In this document: piece after piece, positions 36,588 through 48,934 of the stretch | How the letters are laid out: the number at the start of each line of letters is the position of its first letter | How positions within the stretch are numbered: position 1 is the first letter of the stretch | Notes under the pieces: model-generated | Told to the model about the DNA's origin: nothing | Seen by the model: the letters and a program-made list of their open reading frames with translations, nothing else | Database searches by the model: none | Program-made: the position numbers and the translations under genes | From: Octopus bimaculoides | Taxonomy: Eukaryota | Assembly: GCF_001194135.2 (NCBI RefSeq) | Contig: NC_068993.1 | Location: 16,462,942 to 16,526,941, forward strand | Direction: 5' to 3' | Length of the DNA: 64,000 nt

Positions 36588-37374
36588 GGAGCAAAAACTA
36601 GAATCAAGAGTCTTCTATGTAAACATAGTAAAGACTAAAGTGTTTAATATATAAGAAAGAAAAGGAAGTACCCTGTTATCACCAGGGAAATGGCCTTGCT
36701 CAGTATGCAGGAAAGGAGTAGATGTAACCTACATGTGTTGTACCCACTGGAAGCTACAACTACATGAGATATAATGTGGAATCACAGGCAGACTAACAAA
36801 GAAAGTAAGCTTTGTGTGAGGTTGGTGCACTGGAACAATGTGCATAAGAACACACCAGAAATAGACACTCTGGAATGTCTTGCTGGTTCTGTAGCCGTCA
36901 ATACCTAGGTGACATAATTAAGTGGAAAGATGATTGTTAAGAAAGCATAGAAACCAGGATAAGAACAGATTAGAGAAAGTTTAGGAAGCTATTATTTCTG
37001 CCGGCAATGAAGGTCTTCATACACTCTACCTCTCCCTCAGAGGGAAGGGTTGAGCATATGATGTGTTAGAACAATGGATTCCAATGTTGCATGATAGTGA
37101 GATGTGAGCTGTGAATGCAGGAGACTTGTAAGGGCTAGACTTGGAACAAAGTGATAAAGGCTGATGACAAAGGACTGTATTGATGATATGCAGTGCATAT
37201 CATCATCAATACACACCATGTACCCACAGCAGTATGTACCCTGACACAAGCACAGTGTTTAGACAGTGCAATATTTTCTCCCCTATCAAGCCTACATTTG
37301 ATGCCACGACAACTTACATCCTTGATTGCTCCATCTCCCTATTCATACACTAGCAAAGCTAGAGAGTGGGGTGG

Positions 37375-37518
37375 AGCTAGTGTAGCTAGAAGGCAGTACT
37401 TTTATGGGGGTGGCACTACTTTTGGGTCTGCTGTAGGCAATATGTATTTTTTACGTGGGGTCCCAGGGGCAGCAAACTGAAGGGCTGCCCTATATGGCAC
37501 ACACTAGCCATGCTACTG
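37375..37518. mobile_element. Possible small hAT-like MITE
   Basis: tagtgtagctag...ctagccatgctactg resemble decayed CAGTGGCGTAGCTAG-type TIRs; no TSD found. Confidence 0.35.
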
Positions 37519-37635
37519 TATTCACACCATTCTTCCTCTCTTTTCTTCTTATCAGTCGTAGCCATCCATTTGTCACCTCTATACCACCTGTATTGACCAC
37601 ACCATCCTCATTACTCTGTCCTTCACACTCAGTAG

Positions 37636-37670
<35 letters not shown>

Positions 37671-38460
37671 NNNNNNNNNNNNNNNNNNNNNNNNNNNNNN
37701 NNNNNNNNNNNNNNNNNNNNNNNNNNNNNNNNNNNNNNNNNNNNNNNNNNNNNNNNNNNNNNNNNNNNNNNNNNNNNNNNNNNNNNNNNNNNNNNNNNNN
37801 NNNNNNNNNNNNNNNNNNNNNNNNNNNNNNNNNNNNNNNNNNNNNNNNNNNNNNNNNNNNNNNNNNNNNNNNNNNNNNNNNNNNNNNNNNNNNNNNNNNN
37901 NNNNNNNNNNNNNNNNNNNNNNNNNNNNNNNNNNNNNNNNNNNNNNNNNNNNNNNNNNNNNNNNNNNNNNNNNNNNNNNNNNNNNNNNNNNNNNNNNNNN
38001 NNNNNNNNNNNNNNNNNNNNNNNNNNNNNNNNNNNNNNNNNNNNNNNNNNNNNNNNNNNNNNNNNNNNNNNNNNNNNNNNNNNNNNNNNNNNNNNNNNNN
38101 NNNNNNNNNNNNNNNNNNNNNNNNNNNNNNNNNNNNNNNNNNNNNNNNNNNNNNNNNNNNNNNNNNNNNNNNNNNNNNNNNNNNNNNNNNNNNNNNNNNN
38201 NNNNNNNNNNNNNNNNNNNNNNNNNNNNNNNNNNNNNNNNNNNNNNNNNNNNNNNNNNNNNNNNNNNNNNNNNNNNNNNNNNNNNNNNNNNNNNNNNNNN
38301 NNNNNNNNNNNNNNNNNNNNNNNNNNNNNNNNNNNNNNNNNNNNNNNNNNNNNNNNNNNNNNNNNNNNNNNNNNNNNNNNNNNNNNNNNNNNNNNNNNNN
38401 NNNNNNNNNNNNNNNNNNNNNNNNNNNNNNNNNNNNNNNNNNNNNNNNNNNNNNNNNNNN

Positions 38461-38511
<51 letters not shown>

Positions 38512-39501
38512 AAGCTGCAATAGACTACTGTCATCTACCACTCCTCTTTCTCTCCCTTCTGAAGCACCTCTTTTGCCAACCTTCACCTATGCTTTTATCT
38601 CTTCACTCACCTCTCTACTTTTGTTCACGTCTGCCATTGCCAGTCGCACCCTTACTGTCACTAACCTCTAAAATCCCTGGCTTTTTCCTATCATACTCTT
38701 ACTTCTTCCACTTCTCCACCCATTCTGGTCTTGTTGATGTCATTGCTCTCTCTCTCTCTGTCTCCTATTCCCCTCCTTGTACACCTGAACAAATGTACAC
38801 AACCTAGGTTATTGAGTACTCTTTATGCCTACACTTATTTAATCCTTCCTACTCTCTGAAACATCTATTTCTGTCCATCTTTTCCTCTTATTTTCCCCCT
38901 TGGTCTACACACTTTAGGTTACTGAGTATTCTCTACATTTACTGTATACTGGGTATCCCACTTGCCTCTCACACTATAAAGTGGTTGGCTAGTGAGCAGA
39001 GAAACTGTACAGTTGTTAGGTCCCTCATGAGCAAAAAGCACCCAGAACATTCTGTAAACTGGTTGGTAATAGGTGAGTCATCTAACCCTAGAAACCAAGC
39101 TAAATGACATGCACAAGCATCAATCTATGGGACCAATGGCTTCCAGTTGGAAGTGACATGGCTTATTAGAAAGTCAGTGCAAAAGGATTATGATGAAGCT
39201 GTAGTTGACCATTTGTATATATCTCCTGAGCTTTCATTCTACCCATGTGTGTGTGTGTATGTGTGTACTTTTTTTTCCTGGCTCTCTTCTTTATCTCCTT
39301 TCTGCTCTTCCTTGTTTCTCCTGGACTTTTCTCTAGTATTCGAAGAAGGAGAATGTCCAGAATGTAACCTTTCCTATTTCCATTCTTCTTTAAGCATCAA
39401 CCTAATAATGTCTCTGTGAATGTCTCTTGTACTTTTGTTGTTTTTTTTTGTTATTCATATTTGCTTTACGTGTGTGTATAATGCATGTGAGTGTGTATGC
39501 T

Positions 39502-39543
<42 letters not shown>

Positions 39544-39604
39544 CATACATATATATATATATAATGTTTGGATGCAGATGCACCCACACACAGAAGGAAA
39601 GAAA

Positions 39605-40127
39605 GATAAGTGAATAAATTGAAACTTCGAAAGATTCGTAGAAATGGCCAAATATATCTTGATTCGTATATAAAAATGGATATGTATGTATGTATATATA
39701 TATNNNNNNNNNNNNNNNNNNNNNNNNNNNNNNNNNNNNNNNNNNNNNNNNNNNNNNNNNNNNNNNNNNNNNNNNNNNNNNNNNNNNNNNNNNNNNNNNN
39801 NNNNNNNNNNNNNNNNNNNNNNNNNNNNNNNNNNNNNNNNNNNNNNNNNNNNNNNNNNNNNNNNNNNNNNNNNNNNNNNNNNNNNNNNNNNNNNNNNNNN
39901 NNNNNNNNNNNNNNNNNNNNNNNNNNNNNNNNNNNNNNNNNNNNNNNNNNNNNNNNNNNNNNNNNNNNNNNNNNNNNNNNNNNNNNNNNNNNNNNNNNNN
40001 NNNNNNNNNNNNNNNNNNNNNNNNNNNNNNNNNNNNNNNNNNNNNNATATAGTCATTTCTATATATGTATCAAGATAGATTTGACTAGTTGCCTGAATCT
40101 CTCAAAGTTTCAATTTATTCACTTTTC
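39605..40127. repeat. 76-bp inverted repeat pair flanking (TA)n and a gap
   Basis: 39605-39680 vs 40052-40127 match as reverse complements at about 60 of 76. Confidence 0.75.
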
Positions 40128-40136
40128 TCCCTTTAC

Positions 40137-40169
<33 letters not shown>

Positions 40170-40904
40170 TCGTAATTCCATTTCTGTATTTTTATCAAGA
40201 TAGAACCACCAATATTTATCTTACAACCATCAACTATCTTTGCACTTTCCTCACAACTAAATCATTAATAAAAATTTCCCTCTGACCACTTTCTTTTTAT
40301 ATTTAAACTATTTATCAACAAGCTAAGATTATCCAAAGCACACACATGCGTCTAAGTGTTTGTAGCTATGTGGCTAAGAGGTTCGCTTTGCAATGAAACA
40401 GTTCAATGTTTGACCCTAGTATGTTGCTGCTTGGTCATGTATTTTCTCTTATAACCTCTGGTTGACCAGAACCTTGCAATTGAAATCTGGTAGACAGAAA
40501 CTCAGTAGAAATGAGTTGGATTTATGATCATCCTAGCCATTATCATCATCATTGTTGTATGTTTATTTTTGTATGCTAGCATGGTCTGGATGGAGGGTCA
40601 CTGTCCACATCATTTCTTATCTGGATTTACTACCTTCTCCTAAGGTAAACTGCATCACTTGATGCAGTCCTTCATCTCATGATGTACTTCTATCTCAACA
40701 TGGAAGTGGGTGTATGTATTGGTGCAAGATGTCTCATCTTTTTCTTGCTGGTTGAGGTATCATACAAAGCACTGAGATCATTATAATGGACTAAAGTTGT
40801 TGCTCCAGCATGGCTACAAACCACAGGCTGAAACTGGGGGGAAAATATATAAAAGAAAAACTAACCAGATTTCTATTTGATGATTTCTCTAAAAGGAAAT
40901 TCTT

Positions 40905-41096
40905 TACTCGTTTATTTGTTTCAGTCATTTGACTGTTGCCATGCTGGAGCACCGCCTTTAGTCGAGCAAATCGATCCCAGGACTTATTCTTTGTAAGCCT
41001 AGTACTTATTGTCAGTGTCTTTTGCCAAACCGCTAAGTTATGGGGCTGTAAACACATCAGCATTGGTTGTCAAGCAATGGTGGGGGAACAAACACA

Positions 41097-41135
<39 letters not shown>

Positions 41136-41285
41136 TNNNNNNNNNNNNNNNNNNNNNNNCACAAGGCTTTGGTCAGCCCTAGGCTATAGTAGAAGACACT
41201 TGCCCAAAGTGCCATGCAGTGGGATTGAACCCGGAACCATGTGGTTGGTAAGCAAGCTACTTACCACACAGCCACCCCTGCGCCT
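40905..41285 (-). mobile_element. SINE family A, near full length, small gap inside
   Basis: High similarity to the reference copy. Confidence 0.9.
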
Positions 41286-41650
41286 ATATGTCTATATAAC
41301 ATGTAAATCTTTGCGATTCCTATTGGAAAATGAAATGCATATAATGGAGAATAAATAATACCAAAAAATCTCTATTTTCCTCTTTTGTTTATTCAACAAC
41401 TCTGCAAATAGTATTTCCATAATCCTCAATTTTAATGTGTTTTGATTTACATAAAGCAGTATTAAAGGATACATATTAAATATAATAATGGAACAAGCAG
41501 GTGTGCTTCAAGAGGAAATAGCTTGGATTTACCCTAAACAGTTATTTAATAAATGAATTTAGATGTATTTTATTTAAAATCATTCTGATACCAGTTCACC
41601 TGATATAACTTCTATGATAAAAAAACAAAAAAAAACAAACTGTAATTTTA

Positions 41651-41850
41651 ATCTTTTAACATTCAGACTGCTGCGTTAAATGTAATACTTATTTATTAAC
41701 ATTGTTTTCAATTAACCATGCATTATCTTGTAGCTTTGAAATTTTTATGGTGTGATAATTTTTGGAATGACATTGTTAGGTAGGTATGAAAGGCCAGATA
41801 TAGCCAGTTTGAACATAAAACAAGTGGAATAATTTGAGCTGGATGTTAAA
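41651..41850. mobile_element. piggyBac-type MITE (P1), decayed
   Basis: cttttaacattcagact...aaatgtaatacttatttatt...ggccagatatagccagttt, homologous to 4310-4517. Confidence 0.65.
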
Positions 41851-42233
41851 ACTTTCTCATCTAAATTAGAGGGCTAATTGGTAGTCATTGTGGCATCAGA
41901 CAAAGTGCTTGCAGATTTTGTCCTGACTCCGTTCACTAAGTTCAAATGCCACCAACATCAACTTTGCCTTTTATTCTTTTGGGATCATTAAACAAAGTTC
42001 CAATCCAGTGTGATGGATTTGTGAAATTGTTAGTTTGATATATATGTACCATGTGGTATCTATTCTGGCTTTGAGTGTTCTGAGTTCAAATGTAGCTATT
42101 ACAGAGGGTGAAAGAAAAAAGTTAATACTTTTGTCAGCAATTGGCAACTAGAAATATCAGCAACTGAAAAACTTAAAGATAATTTAGTTTCTTTAGTTCA
42201 ACCAGAATATCAGCCATGATGCAATGACATATC

Positions 42234-42376
42234 TTAATCAAAACTTTCCTTCAGAATTTTATGTAAACATCTCTTATAAAAATATATATATGAGGCGATT
42301 AGTATGAGTGTTGTAAACACCACTCTGGCTGTTTTCGAGGATAGTATATCATTTTCCTTGTCTCGACGTCTAGAAT
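42234..42376 (-). CDS. Candidate terminal exon
   Basis: Strong acceptor ttcttccaactttttcag; phase 0 gives ILDVETRKMIYYPRKQPEWCLQHSY-stop (42299); phase 1 gives a 47-codon tail with a hydrophobic segment (stop 42234). Confidence 0.22.
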
Positions 42377-42642
42377 CTGAAAAAGTTGGAAGAACCAATG
42401 AGGCTTGCAATAAGATTGAAAATACTGTTGAAATAAATTGTACCTCAGTGCTATTGACATGACACTCAACCAAACTCGGACCAGAGAGTTTAGTAACACT
42501 CCATCGTTAGCACACACACTCAATCAATACCTTTGGTGTGGTCCCTGTATCATTTTTTGAGGTGTTAAGGCTCACTTTCTAACATTCCTCATTACCATCG
42601 TAACGATAATGGGCTATTATCTTACTATCTTGTCTTACTTAC

Positions 42643-42762
42643 CTTATGTATATTAGAACACAAACAGTACCTTGCGGTGGTGGGGGGTCTCTGTATGGTT
42701 TTTGTAGGTATCATGGCTAAAATATGCAATGTGATGCGCTGTTTCGTAGTACTGGGTATATT
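42643..42762 (-). CDS. Candidate 120-nt exon (NIPSTTKQRITLHILAMIPTKTIQRPPTTARYCLCSNIHK)
   Basis: Acceptor catctttctcactttgtag, perfect donor AAG/gtaagt, 40 open codons in phase 0-0, unique sequence retaining CpGs. Confidence 0.35.
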
Positions 42763-42849
42763 CTACAAAGTGAGAAAGATGCAGTCATTCTTTCATCTTT
42801 CAGATGCATATATAAATGAATAATTTTACATAGGTAGAAAAAAACATAG

Positions 42850-42990
42850 GTGCTAGCATAGTTCAGTGGGCAGCACTTTTGGCAAGTGTCTTCTGCTATA
42901 ATCCTGGGCTGACAAAAGCCTTGTGAGTGAATTTGGTAGACAAAAACTGAAAGAAACCTGTTGTCTGTGTGTGTGTGTGTGTGTGTGTTT
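42850..42990 (+). mobile_element. SINE family A, 5' part
   Basis: ggcaagtgtcttctgctata...gccttgtgagtgaatttggtagacaaaaactgaaagaaacc. Confidence 0.75.
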
Positions 42991-43319
42991 ACCCTTGTCT
43001 TGACATTGATAGTTGTAAATGAATATCACCATCATACAAGTGATGTTGTTCGTTTCTAGTCTTCCATGAAAAAGAAAGGTTTTGCTATGGCAAAATATTA
43101 CATTACTTGCAAACGTGAGGGTTGATGACAGGAAGGGGATCCAGTCATTGAAAATCTGCCTTAACAAATTCTGTTTGACTCATGCAAGCTTGGAAAAGTG
43201 GACATTAAATTGTTGATGATAAGGAGTGCATTTCATTAGAAATATGGTCTCACGAAAGTTAAGCACTTTTTATTTGAATTAATGATTTCTATGTATCTAC
43301 ATCTCTATGTATTTTGAGT

Positions 43320-43620
43320 CCTCTCTATTCTACAGTATTTCTGTTTTGGTTTTTTTTTTCATCTTCTTGTCTATTTGTTTTTCTCTTTCTTACTTTGTTT
43401 TTTTCCTCTCTCTTCATCTCTCCCTCTTTGTCTTGTTTTCTCCCTCTCCCTTTATCTTCCTCTCTGTTTCAGTTCTCTTTTGTTTATTTCCCTCCTTTTG
43501 TCTTTCTTTCTCTGTCTGTCTCTCTCTTGCCCTGTCCCATTCCATCTCTCTCTCCTCTCTTTCTACCCACCTCTCTCTCCTGTCGCTCTCTTCACCATCT
43601 CTCTCTTTCTCTCTCTCGCT
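43320..43620. repeat. CT-rich low-complexity tract
   Basis: Direct reading; explains three supplied ORFs. Confidence 0.9.
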
Positions 43621-43639
43621 GTTATTTTTGTATAACTAG

Positions 43640-43857
43640 ATGTTGATGTCATGCAAATGGCACCCGTGCCACTGGCATGTAAAAGCACCCATTACTCTCT
43701 CAGAGTGGTTGGCGTTAGGAAGGGTATCCAGCCATAAAAAACCATACCAAATCAGACTGGAGTCTGGTGCAGCCTTCCAGCTTACCAGCCCTCATCAAAC
43801 TGTCCAACCCATCCAGCATGGACAACAGATGTTAAATGATGATGATGATGATGATAT
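43640..43857 (+). mobile_element. RTE-derived 3'-tail element (family D)
   Basis: gagtggttggcgttaggaagggtatccagcc...gatgttaaat(gat)n. Confidence 0.88.
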
Positions 43858-44123
43858 TTAATTCAGAGAACATCTAAACAAATTAGAAATTGTTACCATA
43901 TTTGATTGCATCTTAGACACAAAATGTCTCAAAAAATTGCTCTGGGTCCTATGTGCAAATTTGGGTCTCTTACAAGGTTTAATGCACTGAAATCTCTTTT
44001 CCTGAATATGCACTATTGAAATTGGGTGCGTCTAATAATGCCCATGTGTCTTTTATGCCATCAAGTCTGGTCTTATTCAGTGACTCATATCATTTTTATT
44101 ATTTCAGCAATTATACGAGTGAA

Positions 44124-44165
44124 CTTCAGATAGGTTTTAGTCTTGTTATGACTTCATCAGTGAAG
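44124..44165 (-). ncRNA. Decayed minimal type I hammerhead-like motif (H4)
   Basis: CTTCA-CTGATGA-AGTC[ATAACAA]GACT-AAAA-CCTA-TC-TGAAG: perfect 5-bp stem I, intact CUGAUGA, 4-bp stem II; G12 and stem III mutated. Confidence 0.4.
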
Positions 44166-45231
44166 CAGAGATTTCATCATACCTGTCTATAGTTCACTGT
44201 AGCTTTACTCTTGTATGCTTTATCTTTCTATCTTTCTACAAGTTTGTCTTTAGCTTTGCCTGCCTATATATGGTATAATCTATCTTTCAGTCTATAATAA
44301 TATCAGTTTATAGTTTGCTGTGTCTGTCTATAATTCTGTGTATGTCTAATTCTGTAAGTTTATAATTCTTTCTCTTAATCTGTAGTGGTGTCTGCCTAGC
44401 AAGCTACATATATATTTGTTTGGATGTCTATATATACTTCTCTCTTATTCTCTCTCTCTAGTAACTGTCACAATTACTTATGATGTAAAGAAATATGTAT
44501 ATTTGACTACATTTCATATTAAGTTTTATATCAGATGTTTTTAATCAATAGTATAGTCAAGATATATGCATATATATCAAACACCTATACAATATGCACA
44601 TACATACATACATATATATATATAGTCTGTATAGATTTGTTTGTTGGTATATATATATATATATATATAAATAAAACTATCTGTAAATTTTTTTCTTTAT
44701 TCTTTTTTGTTTTCCTTGTTTATTTCTTTTGCTGACCAGTCTGATGATGATGCTCCAGCACAGTCTTGGTCAATAATGGTTTAAGCAACAATAAAGCTTT
44801 CTGTACATCAATCTGTCCATAGGCTCTCTCCGTCTATTTCTTTTCATTACAGTTCATCATTTTCTAGTGTTCTCCTTCCCTATCGCTACCCGTCTCTCAT
44901 TCTTTTAGAAAACCAAAAAAATGTTATTTCTAATTCCCAGCAGCAGTACTTTGTCTATTAACCATAGTTAACTCTACTGTATTTATATTTAGTATGTAGG
45001 ATGTTTGCGTAAGGTATTTTTCCTGAGCCACGTTATTGATATTTATAATCAGCACCACTACATTGCCTTGGCACTATGTACTTTTTCTGGAGAAATTCTA
45101 ATTAATTTTCATCTGTATTTACCTGATGAAAATGTTTTTTTTTCTTTGAATGATGTAACACTTCTGTCATCAATAAAAAGCATGGTCTGAAACAGGTGTA
45201 GTGAACCACAATCTATTGGTTGTTATTGTTT

Positions 45232-45362
<131 letters not shown>

Positions 45363-45364
45363 CA

Positions 45365-45645
45365 AGTAACTGAGATCTTTGGTGATATGCTGTGCCTGAG
45401 AAGACTCCTCAAGCCAAGTGAAATCATAGTTGTGACTGTTGCCAGCGTCATGTATATGGCACCCCTGCCAGTGATACATAAGAAGTACCCATTACACTCT
45501 TGGAGTGGTTGGTGTTAGGAAGTGCATCCAGCCATAGAAATCATGCCAAATCAGACCAGAACCTGGTGCAGTTTTCCAGCTTACCAGTACCAGTCAAACC
45601 ATTTAACCCATGCCAACATGGAAAGCAGATGTTAACAGATGATTA
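45365..45645 (+). mobile_element. RTE 3' end / family D
   Basis: gatctttggtgatatgctgtgcctgagaagac...gatgttaacagatgat. Confidence 0.85.
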
Positions 45646-45669
45646 TATATATATATATATATATACACA

Positions 45670-45803
45670 CCGGAGTAAGCACATAAAATGTGCAACAAGG
45701 TGGAAAAAAGAGTACTCAAATACCAGAGGTAGAGTAATATGCTTTATTACTGAAACTCAGAGTAACAGTCTTTTGTTATATTTCTGCTGCTTTTAAATAA
45801 AGT
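45670..45803. mobile_element. Family H2 copy with an internal inversion, inside (TA)n
   Basis: 45670-45748 is collinear with 173-250; 45749-45803 is the reverse complement of the next segment (about 245-290). Confidence 0.7.
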
Positions 45804-46369
45804 ATATATATATATATATATATATAATCACACCTACTAAGTTAGAATGTGCTTTGCTGATGAGGTCTAATGAAAATGAAGCATGTTCTTTGCTTTTTAC
45901 CAGTTGGTTTTATAAACTATTTCCATTCCACTGCTGTATTTTCTATATTTCCCAGAATTTCAGTTAAGTGATTTTATTAGAGTTAACCTCCTATGCTTTC
46001 TTTTAGATATGAAACACCCCAGAAGAGAGCTTTTGTCTACTAATTACATGAATAATCTGAATAGATTGAAGTTTTTCCATATACCATTATATTACTTATA
46101 ATACAAATACAAATATTTGTGTTTAATATGCAAAATGCTCTCTTGAGGTATTTAGCTGCAGCCCTCTCATTGAAAGTTGTACCAGACATCGCACCCCTTT
46201 TAAAAATCTTTGTTCACTGCTGCTATCTCTGCAACCATTCTTTCCTGTTTCTCTTCCTGTGTCTTACTCTCTCTTTCCCTCTCACACTCACTCTCTCATT
46301 ACGACTCCCCCTATTTATTGTCTTCTCTACCCCATGAACAATTATACATACACACATGCATCATATCTT

Positions 46370-47190
46370 TTCTGTTACTTGTTTCAGTCATTTGACTGTG
46401 GTCACGCTGGGGCACCACCTTAAAGGGTTTTAGTTTAACAACACAAACCCAGGACTTTACATTTTTAAAGTCTGTTACTTTTTCTATCGGTCTCTTTTGC
46501 TGAACTGCTAAGTGACATAAACACACCATCACCAGTTAGTTGTCAGGCTGTGGTGGGCGACAAACTCAGACACACACACATACAGATATATACATGTATA
46601 TATGACAGGCTTCTTTCAGTTTTCACCTACCACAAGGCTTTGGTCAGTTTGAGGCTATAGTGGAAGATACTTGCCCAAACTGCCATGCAGTGAGGCTGAA
46701 CCCAGAACCACGTGCCTAGGAAGCAAGCTTCTTACTATACAACCATACTTGCACCTATGGTATCTTTTTAACTCACTCGTTTTGGTCATTAGACTGCAGC
46801 CATACTGGTGCACAACCTTGAAGAGTTTAGTTGAACAATCAGCTTTAGTACTTATTTTATTCTTAAATTTGGTACTTATTCTACTAGTTGCTTTCACTGA
46901 ACCACTAAGTTATGGGGGCATAAACAAACCAACACTGGTTGCCAACCAGTGGTGGGAGCAAGCACAAACACAGGCACACACACATATCCACACATGCATG
47001 CATGCACGCATGCACACACACACACCCATATACACACACACACACACACATTTATGGCAGGTTTCTTTCAGTTTCCATCTACCATACCCAGTCACAAAGC
47101 TTTGATTGGCCTGAAGTTATAGAAGACACTTGCATACTAGGACTGAAACCCAAGAGTACCTGTTTGGGAAACAAGCTGAACCCAAAGCAT
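46370..47190 (-). mobile_element. Two tandem SINE family A copies (46370-46755, 46775-47190)
   Basis: Both read tail to head on the plus strand with internal CA runs. Confidence 0.82.
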
Positions 47191-47212
47191 GCATATGTGT
47201 GTGTGTGTGTGT

Positions 47213-47529
47213 GAAGGTGCATGGCTTAGTGGTTAGGGTATTCGGCTCATAATTGTAGGGTCGTGAGTTCAATTCCCGGCAATGCATTGTATCCTGAAGC
47301 AAGACTCTTTATTTCACATTGCTCCTGTCCACTCAGCTGGCAAAAATGAGTAGTACATGTATTTCAAAGGGCCAGCCTTGTCACACTCTGTGTCTTGCTG
47401 AATCTCTCTGAGACCTATGTTAGGGGTACACGTGTCTGTGGAGTGCTCATCCACATGCATGTTAATTTCATGAGCAGGCTGTTCCATTGATCAGATCAAT
47501 TGGATCCCTTGTCATTGTAACTGACAGAG

Positions 47530-47535
<6 letters not shown>
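47213..47535 (+). mobile_element. SINE family C variant with CORE-like centre
   Basis: tggcttagtggtt A box, gagttcaattcc B box; 3' part shared with 15735. Confidence 0.88.
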
Positions 47536-47560
<25 letters not shown>

Positions 47561-47823
47561 NNNNNNNNNNNNNNNNNNNNNNNNNNNNNNNNNNNNNNNN
47601 NNNNNNNNNNNNNNNNNNNNNNNNNNNNNNNNNNNNNNNNNNNNNNNNNNNNNNNNNNNNNNNNNNNNNNNNNNNNNNNNNNNNNNNNNNNNNNNNNNNN
47701 NNNNNNNNNNNNNNNNNNNNNNNNNNNNNNNNNNNNNNNNNNNNNNNNNNNNNNNNNNNNNNNNNNNNNNNNNNNNNNNNNNNNNNNNNNNNNNNNNNNN
47801 NNNNNNNNNNNNNNNNNNNNNNN

Positions 47824-47864
<41 letters not shown>

Positions 47865-48030
47865 CATATATACGACAGGCTTCTTTCAGTTTTCGTCTAC
47901 CAAATCCACTCACAAGGCTTTGGTCAGCCCGAGGCTATAGTAGAAGACACTTGCCCAAGGTGCCACGCAATGGGACTGAACCCGGAACCATGTGGTTGGT
48001 AAGCAAGCTACTTACCACACAGCCACTCCA
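47865..48030 (-). mobile_element. SINE family A, 5' half, young
   Basis: CpGs retained; matches the reference head. Confidence 0.9.
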
Positions 48031-48835
48031 CACAATATTTTACATATATTGTTGTTGCTTTCTCTTTATTCACTCATACTTAGCTTTTTTTAGCCCTCAT
48101 TTTGGCTCTTTGCTGTCTTGAAGTTTCTGCACAGTTACTCAACTAGCTAGAAACAGCAATGACCCACCCATCTCAAAATTCCCCTAATTACACTGTTACC
48201 ATCTTAAAAAGAACACATTTGATAATATAGTCAGAGATAGGCTATTCCTGGAAACATTATGGAGTTTTCAGTTAGAATGATGTTGATCATAGTTTTTACT
48301 CAGTCAGAGTTGACCTGGGGCTAAACAACATCACCAAAACAATAGTCTCTTTGACGCCTCTACAAAGTCTCTCAAACTGTTAAAAATAACAGCTAAAAGA
48401 AAAAGAAAACTCACATCCACATACTTTCCATTTAAAAGAATGTTAAGGCAGAGCAGTTGATGTAGTCGATGTGAAATATGTATTCAGATTAGATGGTCAT
48501 GGGTGGAATATCTTTAATCATAGATCTGCTGAATCAGGGCTTAAACATCAACAATAATAACTTCCACATCTCTCTCTCCGCATCTCTTATTGTAATTTGC
48601 TTATCTATCCAGTCATCAATCTGGCTATCCTTGCTTTGTTTTTCATATTCTTTTGTTTTAATTTGAACTCCTGTCACCACCCTGCCCCCAACTTTCCCAG
48701 TCTTCTATTCCAATCTTTGCCCTCTCTTTGTTTCACTCATACCCTGCACATTTTCTTTCACTAAATCTCTTTTCATTCTCATTCACTCTTTCTCTCGTTC
48801 TATTTATCTCTCTCTAACACATTCTCACCCACTGT

Positions 48836-48876
<41 letters not shown>

Positions 48877-48893
48877 TGTNNNNNNNNNNCTGT

Positions 48894-48934
<41 letters not shown>

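Larger units (their letters stand above)
35575..37150 (+). mobile_element. RTE LINE ORF2 (reverse transcriptase) relic, interrupted twice
   Basis: LAFIDMEKAFDRVP, QGSV, FLYADDLVFIAE, VNIVKTKV, GKWPCSVCRKGV, QYLGD, MLHDSE in collinear order with stops and frameshifts. Confidence 0.93.

Noticed and set aside
45844-45890. CTGATGA...GAAA enclosed by an 11-bp stem, next to the H2 copy
   Set aside because: Stem II does not pair and there is no UH cleavage site; cannot be separated from chance.
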